From: Somniosus microcephalus
Lineage: Eukaryota
NCBI GenBank assembly: GCA_052327205.1
Contig: JBMRGM010000043.1
Coordinates: 31,062,001 to 31,126,000 of the forward strand
Direction of reading: 5' to 3'
DNA length: 64,000 bases
Shown here: piece by piece, positions 37,400 to 49,598 of the stretch
How positions within the stretch are numbered: position 1 is the first letter of the stretch
Layout: every line of letters begins with the position of its first letter
Notes under the pieces: model-generated
Database searches by the model: none
What the model saw: the letters and a program-made list of their open reading frames with translations, nothing else
Told to the model about the DNA's origin: nothing
Made by a program: the position numbers and the translations under genes

Positions 37400-37651
37400 C
37401 TCCTGGGCCGGAAGTGCTGGTTAGTTTTCCCAGCAGTGGTGTGGTAAAGGAAGGAGAGGAATTTAAGCTGCAGTGTAGATACAGTGGCAAAGCTACTTAC
37501 ACTAATTGGTTAAAAAATAATATACATTTCCATGAACCTCAGAGTGAGTTTTATGAATCACTAGCAGACAGCAGCAGTGGAGGCTCTTACCAGTGTGATG
37601 TATGGTCAAACAAATCGGAGAGGAGTGAGGCTCTGGAAGTGGTCACAATCG
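37400..37651 (+). CDS. Gene 2 Ig exon A
   Basis: ttctgcag| acceptor, G|gtaggt donor, 252 nt. APGPEVLVS..KEGEEFKLQC..W..GGSYQC..LEVVTI. Confidence 0.9.
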
Positions 37652-37694
37652 GTAGGTGAACTTTGACACTTAATAGCATAGAAAATAGACAAAA

Positions 37695-38060
37695 GACAGA
37701 ATAAGAAGCATTCATATAGCGTCTATCACGACCTCCGATTGCACTGCACAGACAATTAATTACTTTTCAATATAGTCACTGATGTAACGTGAGATAAGTG
37801 ACAGCTAGTTCGGGCAGAGCAAAGCTCCCACAAAGAGCATTGTAATAATGACCAGATCATTTTACACTTCTATGCTTGCTCTAATGATTGCTCTTTCAAT
37901 TATTTTTGTTGGATTTTTGACGTCCATCTAAGTGGGGATATGGGGCCTCAGTATAATGTCTCATTCGAAAGGAACCGTTTCCTGCAATAACGACACCGGG
38001 AGTCTCTGGTGTGGGATTCGAACCAACGCCTTATTGTGGCAGAGGCGATTGAGCCACGCC
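37695..38060 (-). mobile_element. Degraded DeuSINE-like SINE
   Basis: Reverse complement of the tail (gcattcatatagcg) and head (ttgagccacg; gggattcgaacc B box). Confidence 0.6.
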
Positions 38061-38648
38061 TACTGTTGATTATTGGCTGCTGAGTCAATCCGCTGGAAGT
38101 GGCCACCATCAGTCTCTGAACTTTGACCCATAGTCAGCTCAGCTCTTGTCACGAAAATTTACTGTTTTAAAGAGGACTCTCAGTATATATTGTGAGACAG
38201 TGTATCAAACATATTACTTACTTGAGCAAAATTGCCAAGTGGACACTGGGATGAATGATACCATTCTGCCGCAACTCCCTTCAACCAGCTCTGCTCTAAA
38301 TAGAACAATCCCAGCTCCTTAAGTCTCACCACACCCAATGAACAAATACCAGTCGTTCCTTGAGAGAGTGCCGAGTTTGTTGCTGATTTGTAGAATCGGG
38401 TTTCGAAGTAAAAGTTATTTGATGAACGTTTGAAGGACAACATACGGGGCATCAGCTGAACATAAGAAGGGACACGTGACTTTCTAATGCCACATTTGTC
38501 TCTACAGCTTTTCGGGTTATAGGCCTGTTGTTCTTTACTGAAGTGATTACTATAGATGCACTCTAATGGAAATATACTATAGGATGTCATACCTGTAGTT
38601 TAACATATTACAATTTGTACTTACTTAATATTTCTTACATATTTTCAG

Positions 38649-38909
38649 CTTCTGATATGATTTTAACTCTTGAAGTAAAACCAAGAGCCACGCTGTCAGG
38701 TGAACGAATTATCCTGAATTGTTTGGTGTCTGACCAGAAAGGGAGAGGATACTTCCTGTGGTATCGGAAAGAAGAGATAATACATGGAAGTTCTCAATCT
38801 CAGTACATCATAACTAAAGCAGAAATTGCAGATGGGGCATCTTATCGGTGTGAATGCAAAATAGGCTACAGGAAGTGGGTCTCGCAGGAAGTAAACCTCA
38901 CCGTAACAG
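38649..38909 (+). CDS. Gene 2 Ig exon B
   Basis: ttttcag| acceptor, G|gttggt donor, 261 nt. ASDMILTLEVKP..ILNC..FLWYRK..DGASYRCEC..VNLTVT. Confidence 0.9.
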
Positions 38910-39289
38910 GTTGGTCGCTGGCTTTGCTGTTTTCCTCCCAAAGTTGCTGCTTGTTAATTTGCTGAAAGATAGAAAACGATGCGAAGAACATTCTTTGGCT
39001 GGACAATTTTTGTTTAAGTTGGTAAATATTTGCAATTACTGGGAAAACATTCCAAGCTGTGCATTGTAGGCAAGCTTCTGGGTCGCATGTGGCAAAATCA
39101 GACACTGCGTTAACTGTAAGGGCCCCATGAATCCGTAGGAGTGCATGTCTCCTTCTCGGTTGCTCCTGAGAATTATTATCGGGAAATGTCGTTGGAGTTC
39201 ATCTGCATTTCATTTCCGTGCTCTCACGCTGCTGGGCGATTGCATGGGCATCCCCGTGCTCATATCATTAGGCCTGCATATGGGCTAGT

Positions 39290-39510
39290 AATAAGAGGGT
39301 GGTTAGAATGTGGAACTCGCTCCCACAGGGAGTAGTTGAGGGAACTGCAATTAAGGTGAAGCTAGATAATTACATGAGCGAGAAAGGAATTGAAGGATAT
39401 CTTGATGGGGTAGATGATGAAGGCTGGGAAGAGACCCGTGTGGAAGATAAGCACCTGCATGGACCTATTAGGCCGAATGGCCTGGCTCTCTGCTGTAAAT
39501 ATCGTGTACA
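39290..39510 (+). mobile_element. CR1 3' fragment
   Basis: VVRMWNSLPQGVVE motif and ggccgaatggcct tail. Confidence 0.75.
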
Positions 39511-40494
39511 ATGTACTATGAGTCAGGAGGGATGTTTCTGGTCTTCCACAAAAGTTTCCTATTCATTTACAATGGCGGACCCCAAGAGAGGAGGGCTCTT
39601 GAAGGACACTGGTGGTGGAGCTTTCGTCCGCTTAATCTGCCAACCAAAGTCTTTGTGAGGATCCAAGGGCATCCTAAAGTGGTAGCAAGGTAGGTAGTTA
39701 TTTGAATTAAATTCTCACACCCCAAACTCCTGCCTGTCGATCGTAGGTATTGGAAGATTTTGAACTGCTAATTTGTGACTGCAACCAGAAAGCCCCATTT
39801 CAAAGTTAACATGAGTCTCCTGGCAGTGATCTCGGTCCTACTGATGTGTATGCAAACCAACGTAAGACCATCCCAACATAGGCGGATTTGATGCTAATGG
39901 ATGGAAGATTGTAGCTGGTTCAGGCTTATAGCTGAGGCCTGGAATATTTGGGGCACTCTTTACCTTATGTTGACAACGCATCTCTGGGACGTTGTGCCCA
40001 CTGGCCGATTCAGAAGGCAAAATGAGCTGGATGCACTCCTTCCAGAATCTGGTGCTGTGGATGGAATGCTCCTCAAAAAATCCGGCGTAATTTCCTTCTT
40101 TTGAAATCAAAAGTGTACATATACGGCGGGTTCAGTGAGCAATACGTGATCCTTTGTGCCGGATTTTCTATTCCCTTTTCTGCTTATGAGTTTCTTAACC
40201 GCCGTGCCCAACGTAGATTATTTTCAGTGTTCCAACCTAAGAGTAGCTGGGCCAAATGGTGGGGAAGTGCTGCAGGAGGAGAGCAATACCAATGAACCCA
40301 AATTGGAACCATCAGTATATTCAACAGCAACTGTCCACTGCTTCCTTTCTGTTCTGTATTTGCCCCAGCCTGGATTGGATTTGGGATTGGGATTATATAA
40401 CGTGTCCAATGTATTCGGGCTGTTGTCGAAGCAGTTCTTCGTTTGATTTAATCATTTGTTAAACTAAACTACGAAATTTTGTTCCCAACATTAG

Positions 40495-40749
40495 ATGGCG
40501 ATGTGGCCTTCCAGGTCGACCCACCTTCGGTTTTGGAAGGAGATGTTCTGAATCTGAATTGTCGGTACAGAAAATATTATTTGTGGAAAGATGTTGGCTT
40601 TTACAAAGGAAATAGAAGGATCCACTCAATGAAGTTGTATTATTGGAACGCTCTGCATAGCATTAGAGTGAATAGTTCAAAAGACAGTGGATCATACCAT
40701 TGTACTATTGACGAGAAAATTTATCGAAGTGTTCATGTTCACGTTCACG
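40495..40749 (+). CDS. Gene 2 Ig exon D (FcR D2-like)
   Basis: cattag| acceptor, G|gtacgt donor, 255 nt. DGDVAFQVDPPSVLEGDVLNLNC..VGFYKG..DSGSYHC..VHVHVH. Confidence 0.9.
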
Positions 40750-41796
40750 GTACGTATGCAAAATTTCAATTGCTGATACCCCTCTTTAATATTTATAAAT
40801 ATTACTGGTCCGAGAATTTCTGAATCTGTACAAAATTATATATAGTTCTGTGATCTCGGAATAATTTGTTCACGTTAGGTCATATGATGTTTGTCTAACA
40901 ACGTGCTACTTTAGTCGATATTTAACACGGGCGGGTCTCCTCCCATGCCAGCTCCAGCAGATTTCTTTCTCCTCCCGACCCACCTTTGAGGAGAATTTGG
41001 CGGCTTCCTCCATTACCACCATGTGACATCTAGAGGCTGACGGGCAGTTTTCTGCCACGAAACCGAAATTTGATGCTGCCTCTGTCCTTAATAAGCACGA
41101 TGAGTATATTTGACAAAGTACCAGCAGGTCCTCGTGAGACCCTGGAACGTCAGTGGTCGGTCCGCTGACGAACATTGTGGAAGGATAGAATAAGCAGTGT
41201 GCTCCTCTCCACTCTGTTTTGCTATTTTCACTTACGTGTTTGGCGCAAACTTCGCCACAGACCCCTAATAAACTATGGGAGCAGATTCCCTTGGATGCCC
41301 TTGTCATCGCAGCGGGTGTGTTATATCATCACTGATCCATCACCCTGGCCGTGAGAATCTGGAGTCTTTGTAAATTCAGATGGTGACAACGGAGCAGGGG
41401 GCTTTGTTGGGGACAGAGCGATTTTGCTGCGACCAATTGTGGAGTTCACCGTGGTCATAATAGATGGTGAGACACGGCAGATAATGGCTAAAAGAGAAAA
41501 GAGCTATGGGAGGATCCCTGCTGAAATATAAGTCTTGTCCTGGTTGGAATTTTTGTTTCAGCACTTTATATTAAGCAGATTAAGATCTCCGCAAACAAAG
41601 CAGCGAGAGGAATTCCACAACAATATAGTAATGCTTCCTGCTCTAGTGTTCCACAATACAGCTGCTAGTTACCGTTAATTGTAGACGCCCCTCGTGGCGA
41701 TTTGCGGTATTGCCTTGCTCCTATTAAAAAGCTCTGCTGTCTGTTTAACTCAGTGATAGGAAATGTTACCTGTCAATCCAGATTCTGCTTTCACAG

Positions 41797-42072
41797 AACT
41801 CTTCTCCAAACCTAAACTGAGGACTGACCCTGCAGTTGAAATATTTGAGGGACACCAGTTAGTATTCATCTGTATTATTGAAACAATGCCGTACAGTAAT
41901 GGGCTTCAATACTCATTTTACAAAAATGGCAAAGCTCTGATATTGACTTCATACAACACATTTAAGCTCACGGAGACAGCTTCTTTGAAGGACTCGGGGA
42001 CTTACCTGTGTGAAGCAAATATTTCCTACCGCGTTGTGAAAAAGAGTGATGAGGTTTCCATTGCGGTTAAAG
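41797..42072 (+). CDS. Gene 2 Ig exon C (FcR D3-like)
   Basis: ttcacag| acceptor, G|gtaagg donor, 276 nt. ELFSKPKLRTDP..EGHQLVFIC..LQYSFYKNG..DSGTYLCEA. Confidence 0.9.
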
Positions 42073-43401
42073 GTAAGGACAGCCAGCTGTAATTATTGTT
42101 GAATGAAAGAATTCTTCAGGGGATTATACTTAAATAAACATACGAGAGGGATCCAGTCTGGTAAAGGATTTACCCACAAGTTTATGACGTAATAATCAAT
42201 TTTGAATGCAACCTGCTAAATGACAGCGCCACCTGGTTCTTACACTATCCATACATTTGCTGAAAACCGAAGTTTTAAAAGCTGCTACGTTTGAGGACCA
42301 GCGCCCACTCCCAGTGGGTAATAGTAGCTTCCTGAAATAGTGTGTAATTGGGCGATATTGAATTTATCTCCCATTATATGTCCCGACCGTTTTTGCATCC
42401 ATTGATCTTCAATGGACAGGAATATCGCGCGTAGTGTAGAATTGGTGCAAGATTCGATGCCGTGCATTTTAACCCATAGCCCCAAGGTAAAGTTACCTTC
42501 CCTGTTTCTAACTGGCATATTCAGCAGCGAGCAGAACCTGGTCAGGAACAGCAGGGTGATTAATCAGCCAATGCCTTACCACTTACTAGCCCCGGAAATC
42601 TTCTATAGTTGAAAACTCGGGGGTAAAATTTAACATTGACAGCGCTAAAACTGAACGGCAGAAAATTGAATTGAAATTGGCCTGTGTTTATAAAGGATGA
42701 TCAATCTGCTACCACCGGTTTTTTACCCCAGACAAACTTGAATTTTCACCCCCTCCAATTTCAGTAGCGGTGGATGCAAAATGCCCGAGGTCACTAACGT
42801 CTGTGCCTCTGGTGCCCGGGGATTCCTTCCCAATCTTTTAGATCCGACCAATCATAACTCGAGCTTCGCATTTTCAATGGGGCAGGCAATCTGAAAACAA
42901 GGTGGGAGTTATCAATCCTGTGTCGGCAGTGGATTTCAGAAAAATTGTATTGATAGTAGCTGAGCGTTTAACATGAAGGTCCTAAAATTTGCAGTTGCTG
43001 CCACAACGACCAAGGATATTTCAGTATTTAAGACCCGGGAGTAAAGCATCGCCTGGGCTGAGAGCTGAGTTCAAATGATGGGGTTGTGGGGTTGGGGTGT
43101 TGGGGGATAATCTCACAGGACCCGCAGGATGTTTCTTCCATTCATTTCAATGGAAGGGTTAACTTGTTCCCAAATCTAGCCACGACAGGATGTTCAGACC
43201 TCAAGTGATAACTGTGTCAAGGTCCCGAACTGCATATTCCCGTAGCAGAGCGCAATCAAGGATTATTGAAAGCCTCTTTCTCTGAGCTGCTGTCGGCTTT
43301 TCATTCTTCTGCTCATTAACGTGAGTTGTCCAAACACATAAATTGTTAAGTCTGTGATGGATGTGGAACCCGGAAAATCCATGCATTATTCTATTTTATA
43401 G

Positions 43402-43680
43402 AGGTCTTCTCCATACCTACACTGAGGGCTGAGTCTGGAGCTCAATTATTTGTGGACCAACAGTTAAATCTCGCCTGTTTGGTTAAAATATTTCGATCCA
43501 ATACTTCCTTGAGACTCGTATTTTACAAAGATGGACAATCTCTCACTTCAGCGGCAGACAACAACTATTACATCAAGAAGGCATCTCGGCCGGACGATTC
43601 GGGGAATTACTGGAGCGAAGCAACTACTTTGAACAGTGAGGTGAAGAAACTGAGTAATCAGGTTTCCGTTTCAGTCAGAC
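43402..43680 (+). CDS. Gene 2 Ig exon E (open frame but lacks second Cys)
   Basis: ttttatag| acceptor, C|gtgagt donor, 279 nt. DSGNYWSEA instead of DSGxYxCEA. Confidence 0.8.
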
Positions 43681-44737
43681 GTGAGTACAATTTAAGACAA
43701 TGTTATAACACTTTTAAAGAGAACATGAAAATCATAGAATACGGGTAGCGCTGATTCAACAGTACACCAGGGAAGTAAAAGTGTATTCACCAGGATAGAC
43801 TTGAGGTATTGGGACTAACACTACCGGGTTAGCCATAGCTAAAGGTTATTTCATTAGTGGTTTTTAAATGCAAATTCCGAAATTGGGCGATTAGGGAAAG
43901 ATATTTTCTCTGATTGCGAAGACAGGAAGGAGGGATCAGTAATGTATAATTATCATTAAAGCGGGAGGGTAGCGCTTAGAAGGACGTTCCGAGTGCTGGA
44001 ACATAGAATGATTTGCCAGGTGGAGCGGTGGAGTTAGATAGAATTTTACAGTGAACCTGAGGCTAGTGGCAGTGCCCTCGGGCCTACTGATGTGCGCCTG
44101 TCACTGCCCTACAGAAACCAGCGTAAGCCCGTCCCAACATAGGCAGATCTCTTGCTAATGGATGAGAGAGTGTAGCTGAGGCCAGGAAGGTTTGGCGCAC
44201 TCTTTCCTTATCGTCACAACGCAACTCGGGCACTGTGTGCCCTCTGGGAGGCTCAGAAAGCAAAAGGAGCTGGATGCACACCTTCCATAATCTGGTCGGA
44301 GGGGGGGATGGAATGCACCTCACAGCATCCGGTGGAGTTTCCTTCTGTTGAGATCAATGGAGTACATTTACTGTGAGTTCGGTAAGCAATAAGTGATCAC
44401 TAGTGCTAGATTTTCTAATCCCTTATGTGCTCGGGCGTTGCTTAACCGTCGTTCCCAAAATAGTTTATTTTCAGTGTATCAAACTAAGAAGAGCTGGGCC
44501 AAATGGTGGGGAGCTGCTGCACGAGGATAGATTATCAATAAACCCCATTTACAACCATCAGTAAATTCAACACCACCCGACTGCTGTTTCCTTTCTGTTC
44601 TTCTTTTTCCCAGACTTGCCTGGAGTTGGGATTGGGGTTTTCTCGTGTCCAATGTATACGGGCTGTTGTGGAGCAGTTCTCAGTTTGAGTTAAGCATTTG
44701 TTAAGCTAAAACCGCCACATTTTGTTCCCAACATTAG

Positions 44738-44995
44738 ATCGCAAATTGGCCTTCAATGTCGACCCACCTTCGGTTTTGGAAGGAGGTGTTCTGAATCTGA
44801 ATTGTTGGTTCAGAATGCATTATTGGAGGCATAAAGATGTTGGCTTTTACAAGGGCAATATAAGGATTCACTCAATGAAGTTGACCGATCGGAGAGCTCT
44901 GCATAGCATTAGAGTGAATAGTTCAAAAGACAGCAGATCATAGCATTGCACTGTTGGCAATAAGGAATCACGAAGTGTTCATGTTCACGTTCAAG
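44738..44995 (+). pseudogene. Gene 2 Ig exon D' with premature stop
   Basis: Duplicate of 40495-40749 with splice sites intact. TAC>TAG at 44941-44943. Confidence 0.85.
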
Positions 44996-45131
44996 GTACG
45001 TCGGCAATATTTCAATTGGCGATATCGCTCTTGGATATTTATCCATATTACAGGTCCGGGAGGTTCTGAATCTGTCCACATTTATGCATAGCTGTGTGAG
45101 CTCGGAAGAATTTGTTCGTGTTAGGTCAGAG

Positions 45132-45850
45132 AGGCCTTGAATTTCCGTTCGGTGGTTTCCTGCCGGTAGATGCCTCCAATCGGAAACAAATCTACGAACT
45201 TACCTGCTGGTTTGGAGAGCCCGAGGCTTCCGATCCTGGGCCTCTCCTGTTGGAAATGCGCAGAGGCCCAGGTATCCCAGGGGCACATACGGTTTGCAAG
45301 CGCTCCTGGGATCACGTGAGAAAGGCGAACAAATCAAAGAAGGGAATCCCCCTTCATACATTTGACAGGTCTGTAGGGACTGAACTGTCAAAAGTATGAT
45401 TGGGAACCACATTTAAAAACACACTAAAACAGTAAATAAACTATTTAAAATTACAAAATTAAAATGAATTAAAATTCCATTTAATTAAATATTTTAAACA
45501 TAATTTATAGAAAAAAAATTAAACATTTTTACTGGGCTATAAATAATTTACCGTTTCAAGAGTATTTCTAACTTATAAGTGAGTGATCAAATTTGTTATT
45601 TCTAACTTTCATCACTCTTATGCCTACTTTTACCAGTCGGACGAATTCTACAGCCTTTCAGCTGCCGGAAGTTGTGCAAACTCTCCAGCCACAGAGGCTC
45701 TTTTCTTGGGCAAGTGGATCATCTGTCAAGAGAATTCTTGACAGATCGCAGGTGCCGGTTTTAAGCGCATACCTGAAATCGGTACCTGCAAGGCCCCTAT
45801 GGGTGAGTACACAGCTCGTATGCACCCGTGGGGGTTGGAAAACTTGGCCC
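45132..45850. mobile_element. MITE-like TIR element, same family as 35083-35850 in opposite orientation
   Basis: Ends are ggccttgaatttcc / ggaaaacttggcc. Internal agggaatcccccttcatacatttgacagg is the reverse-complement match of 35611-35639. Absent from the duplicate site near 40882. Confidence 0.72.
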
Positions 45851-46664
45851 ATGATGGCTGTCTAACACCGTGCTACTTTAGCCAATAATTAACCCAGGGT
45901 GGGTCTCCTCCCGTGCACGCACTGGCAGCTATCTTTCTCCTCCCGCCCCACCTCAGAGGAGAATTTGGCGGCTTCCCATTACCAGCCTGTTACATCAAGA
46001 GGCTGACGGGGAGTATTCCCCCACTAAACCGAAATATGATGGTGCCTCTCTCCCTAACAACCACGATGATGAGTTGACAAAATGCACCAGCAGGTACTCC
46101 TGAAAATTCAGTGGTGGGTCCGCTGATGGACTGTGTGGAAGGACACAATAAGCAGTGTGCTCCTCTCCCCTCTCTTTTGCCCTTTCCACTTACCTGTTTG
46201 GCATAAGCTTAATCACAGGCTCCTAATAAAATCTGTACGCTAATGCTGTTGGATGCCCTTATCATCGCAACGGGTGAGTTATATCATCACTGATCCATCA
46301 CCCTGGCCGGGAGAATCGGGAGTCTTTTTAATTTCAGATGGTGACAGCTGAGCTGGGGGCTGGCTAGGGACAGAGCAATGTAGCTGTGGATATTGGTGGA
46401 GTTCACCCTGGTCATACTAGATGGTGAAGACGCAGCAGAGAATGGCTAAAAGAGAAAAGATCTAAGGGAGGATATTCCTGCTGATAATTAAGCCTTGCCC
46501 AGTATGGAATTCCGGTTTCAGCAGAATAAATTAAGCAGGTTAAGTTCTCCGCAAACAAAGCAGCGAGAGGAAATCCATAAAAACATAATAATGCTTCCTG
46601 CTCTAGTGATCCACAATACAGCTGCTGGTTACCATTAAGTATAGGCGCCCATCGTGGCTATTCT

Positions 46665-47760
46665 CTAGATGTAATCTCTCCAAATTTGCAGACAACACAA
46701 AGCTTGCTGGGCGTGTGTGCTATGAGGAGGATGCCAAGAAACTCCAGGCTGATTTGGAGAGATTGGGTGATTGGGCAAAAGCGTGGCAGATGCAATATAA
46801 CGTGGATAAATGTGAGGTTATCCACTTTGGTGGCAAAAACAGGAAGGCAGATTATTATCTGAATCGCAATAGATTGGGAGAAGGGGAAGTGCAACGAGAC
46901 CTGTGTGTCCTTGTGCACCAGTCGCTGAAGGTAAGCATGCAGGTGCAGCAGGTGGTTAAGAAGGGAATTGGCATGTTGGCCTTCGTAGCGAGATGGTTTG
47001 AGTACAGGAACAAGGATGTCTTGCTGCAGTTATACAGGGCCGTGGTGAGACCACACCTTGAGTATTGTGTGCAGTTTTGGTCAGCTTATCTGAGGAAGGA
47101 TCACAGATCACAGAAACCCCACAGTGCAGATAGAGGCCATTTCGGCACATATCCGACCCAATCCCCGTAACCCCTACACCAAAACATATCCCCATTTAAT
47201 CCCCCTAACACTAAGGGTCAATTTATCATAGCCAATCAACCTAACCCGCCATGGAAGGAGTTCAGCGAAGATTCACCAGGCTGATACCTGGGATGGCAGG
47301 AATGACGTATGAGGAGAGATTGGGTCGATTGGGCTTGTCCTTGCTGGAGTTTAGAAGAATGAGAGGGGATCTCATTGAAACTTATAAAATTCTGACGGGA
47401 CTGGACAGACTAGATGCAGGAAGAATGTTCCCGATGGTCGGGCAGTCCAGAACCAGGGGTCACATTCTAAGGATAAGGGGTAAGCCATTTAGGACAGCAA
47501 TGAGGAGGAATTTCATCACCCAGAGAGTGGTGAACCTGTGGAATTCTCTGCCACAGAAGGCAGTAGAGGCCAATTCATTAAATATATTCAAGAAGGAGTT
47601 GTATATATTTCTTAAGGCTAAAGGGATCAAGGGGTATGGGGATAAAGCAGTGACCAGGTACTGAATTTGGTTGATCGGCCATGATCGCATTGAATGGCGG
47701 AGAAGGCTCGTGGGGCCGAATGCCAACTCCTGCTCCTATCTTCTATGTTTCTATGTTTCT
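46665..47760 (+). mobile_element. CR1 LINE, 5'-truncated, interrupted by an inverted HE1 fragment
   Basis: ORFs 46715 and 47251 are consecutive CR1 RT C-terminal pieces, with a (tctatgtt)x2 tail. Absent from the paralogous introns (near 41700 and 4545). Confidence 0.93.
47101..47248 (-). mobile_element. HE1 SINE 3' fragment nested in CR1
   Basis: Reverse complement of parts of 22000-22190 (aatccccctaacactaagggtcaatttatcatagccaatcaacctaacccg). Confidence 0.88.
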
Positions 47761-47852
47761 CGGTATTGGCTTGCTCTTATTATCAATCTCTGCTATTTGT
47801 TTAACACAGTGATAGGAACTGTTACCTATCAATCCATATTCTGTTTTCACAG

Positions 47853-48131
47853 AACTCTTCACCAAACCTAAACTGAGGTCTGAGCCTGCAGTTGAAATAC
47901 TTGAGGGAGACCAGTTAAAATTCATCTGTTTTATTGAAAATATACCGTCAAATATTTGCTTAAAATATTCATTTTACAAAAATGGCACAGCTCTGATCTT
48001 GACCCCATACTACAAATATATTCTCACTGAGGCAGCTTCATTGAAGGACTCAGGGACTTACCAGTGCGTAGCAAATGCTTTCGACTTTGGTGTGAAAAAG
48101 AAGAGTGATGAGGTTTACATTTCGGTAACAG
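47853..48131 (+). CDS. Gene 2 Ig exon C' (intact; not in supplied ORF track)
   Basis: ttcacag| acceptor, G|gtatgg donor, 279 nt. Manual translation is open: ELFTKPKLRSEPAVEILEGDQLKFICFIENIPSNICLKYSFYKNG..DSGTYQCVA..EVYISVT. Confidence 0.88.
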
Positions 48132-49319
48132 GTATGGACATCCAGCTTTAATTATTGTTCATCTTTCATTTAAAGAATTCTTCAGGGCATTATAGTTAAG
48201 TAACCATACGGGAGGGATCCGGTCTGGTAAAGGGTTAACCCTCAAGTTTATCGGGTATAAATCAATTTGAATGCAATCTTTTCAAATCTTATCACCACGT
48301 GGCTCTTATACAATCCTTACATTTGCTGAAAACCGCATTTGTAGGAGCTGCAAAATTTGAAGTCCAGTGCCCACTCTCAGTGGGTAACATTAGCTTCCTT
48401 CAGTAGTGTGGAAATGGGCGATTATGAAATTGCCTCCCATTATTTGTCCCGCCCGTTTTTGCTTCCCATCATCTTCAGCAGACAGGAAAATCGTGCGTGG
48501 TGTACAATTGGCGCAAGCTTCGATATTGGAAATTTTACCCCATGGCTCCAAGGTAAAGATACTTGCTCTGTTTCTGTCTGGCTGAATGAGAAACCAGCAG
48601 AACCTGGTCAGGAATAGCAGGGTGTTTAATCAGACAAAGCCTTAGCACTTACTAGTCCCGGAAATCTTTGATAGTTGAATACTCGGGGGTAAAATTTAAC
48701 TTTGAGAGCGCAGTAGCGGATCAGCAGACAATGGAATTGAAATTTGCCTGTGTTTATAACGGGAGGCCAATCTGCGACCACCGGTTTTGCACCCCATCGA
48801 AATTTGAAATTTCACCCCGTCCAATTTCAGTAGAGGTGGAAGAGGATGAGGAAAAACGCCCGAGGTCACTAAAGTGTGAGCCTTTGATGCCCAGGAATTC
48901 CGTTTCCACTCCGTTAGATCCGGTCAATCATAACGCTATCTTTGCATTTTCTATGGAGCAGGCAATCTGATGACAAGGTGGGAGTTATCGATCCTGTGTT
49001 GGGAGTGGATTTCCAAAGAATGGCATTGTCAGTTGCTGAGCTTCTAGCATGAATGTCGCAAAGTTTGCAGGCGCTGCAACAATGACGAAGGAGACTTCAG
49101 TATTTAAGGCCTGGGCGCAAAGCATCATCTAGGCAGAGAGCTGAGTTAAAATTCTGGATCAGGGGCGCGTTCTGGTGTTGTGGGCTAATCTCACAGGACC
49201 CGCAGGATGTGTCTTCCACTCAATGTTCCAAAGATTAACATTTGCTGCACAAATCCGAAATTGTAATGTCTGTGATAGTTGTGGAATCTGTCAAATCCAT
49301 AATTCGTTCTATTTTATAG

Positions 49320-49598
49320 AGCTCTTCTCCGAACCTACTTTGCGGGCTGATTCTGGAGCTCAATTATTTGAGGGCCAACAGATAAAACTCGCCTGTTTGG
49401 TAGAAATATTTTGATCCAATTCTTCCTTGAGACTCGTATTTTACAAAGATGGACAACCTCTCAATTCAGCGGCAGACCACAGCTATTACATCAGGGAAGC
49501 ATCTCGGCCGGAAGATTCGGGGATTTACCGGTGTGAAGCAACTACTTTGAACCGTGAGGTGAAGAAACTGAGTAATCAGGTTTCAGTTTCAGTCAGAC
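49320..49598 (+). pseudogene. Gene 2 Ig exon E' with premature stop
   Basis: Splice sites and both Cys are intact. TGA at 49412-49414 where the paralog at 43402 has CGA (CpG transition). Confidence 0.85.
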
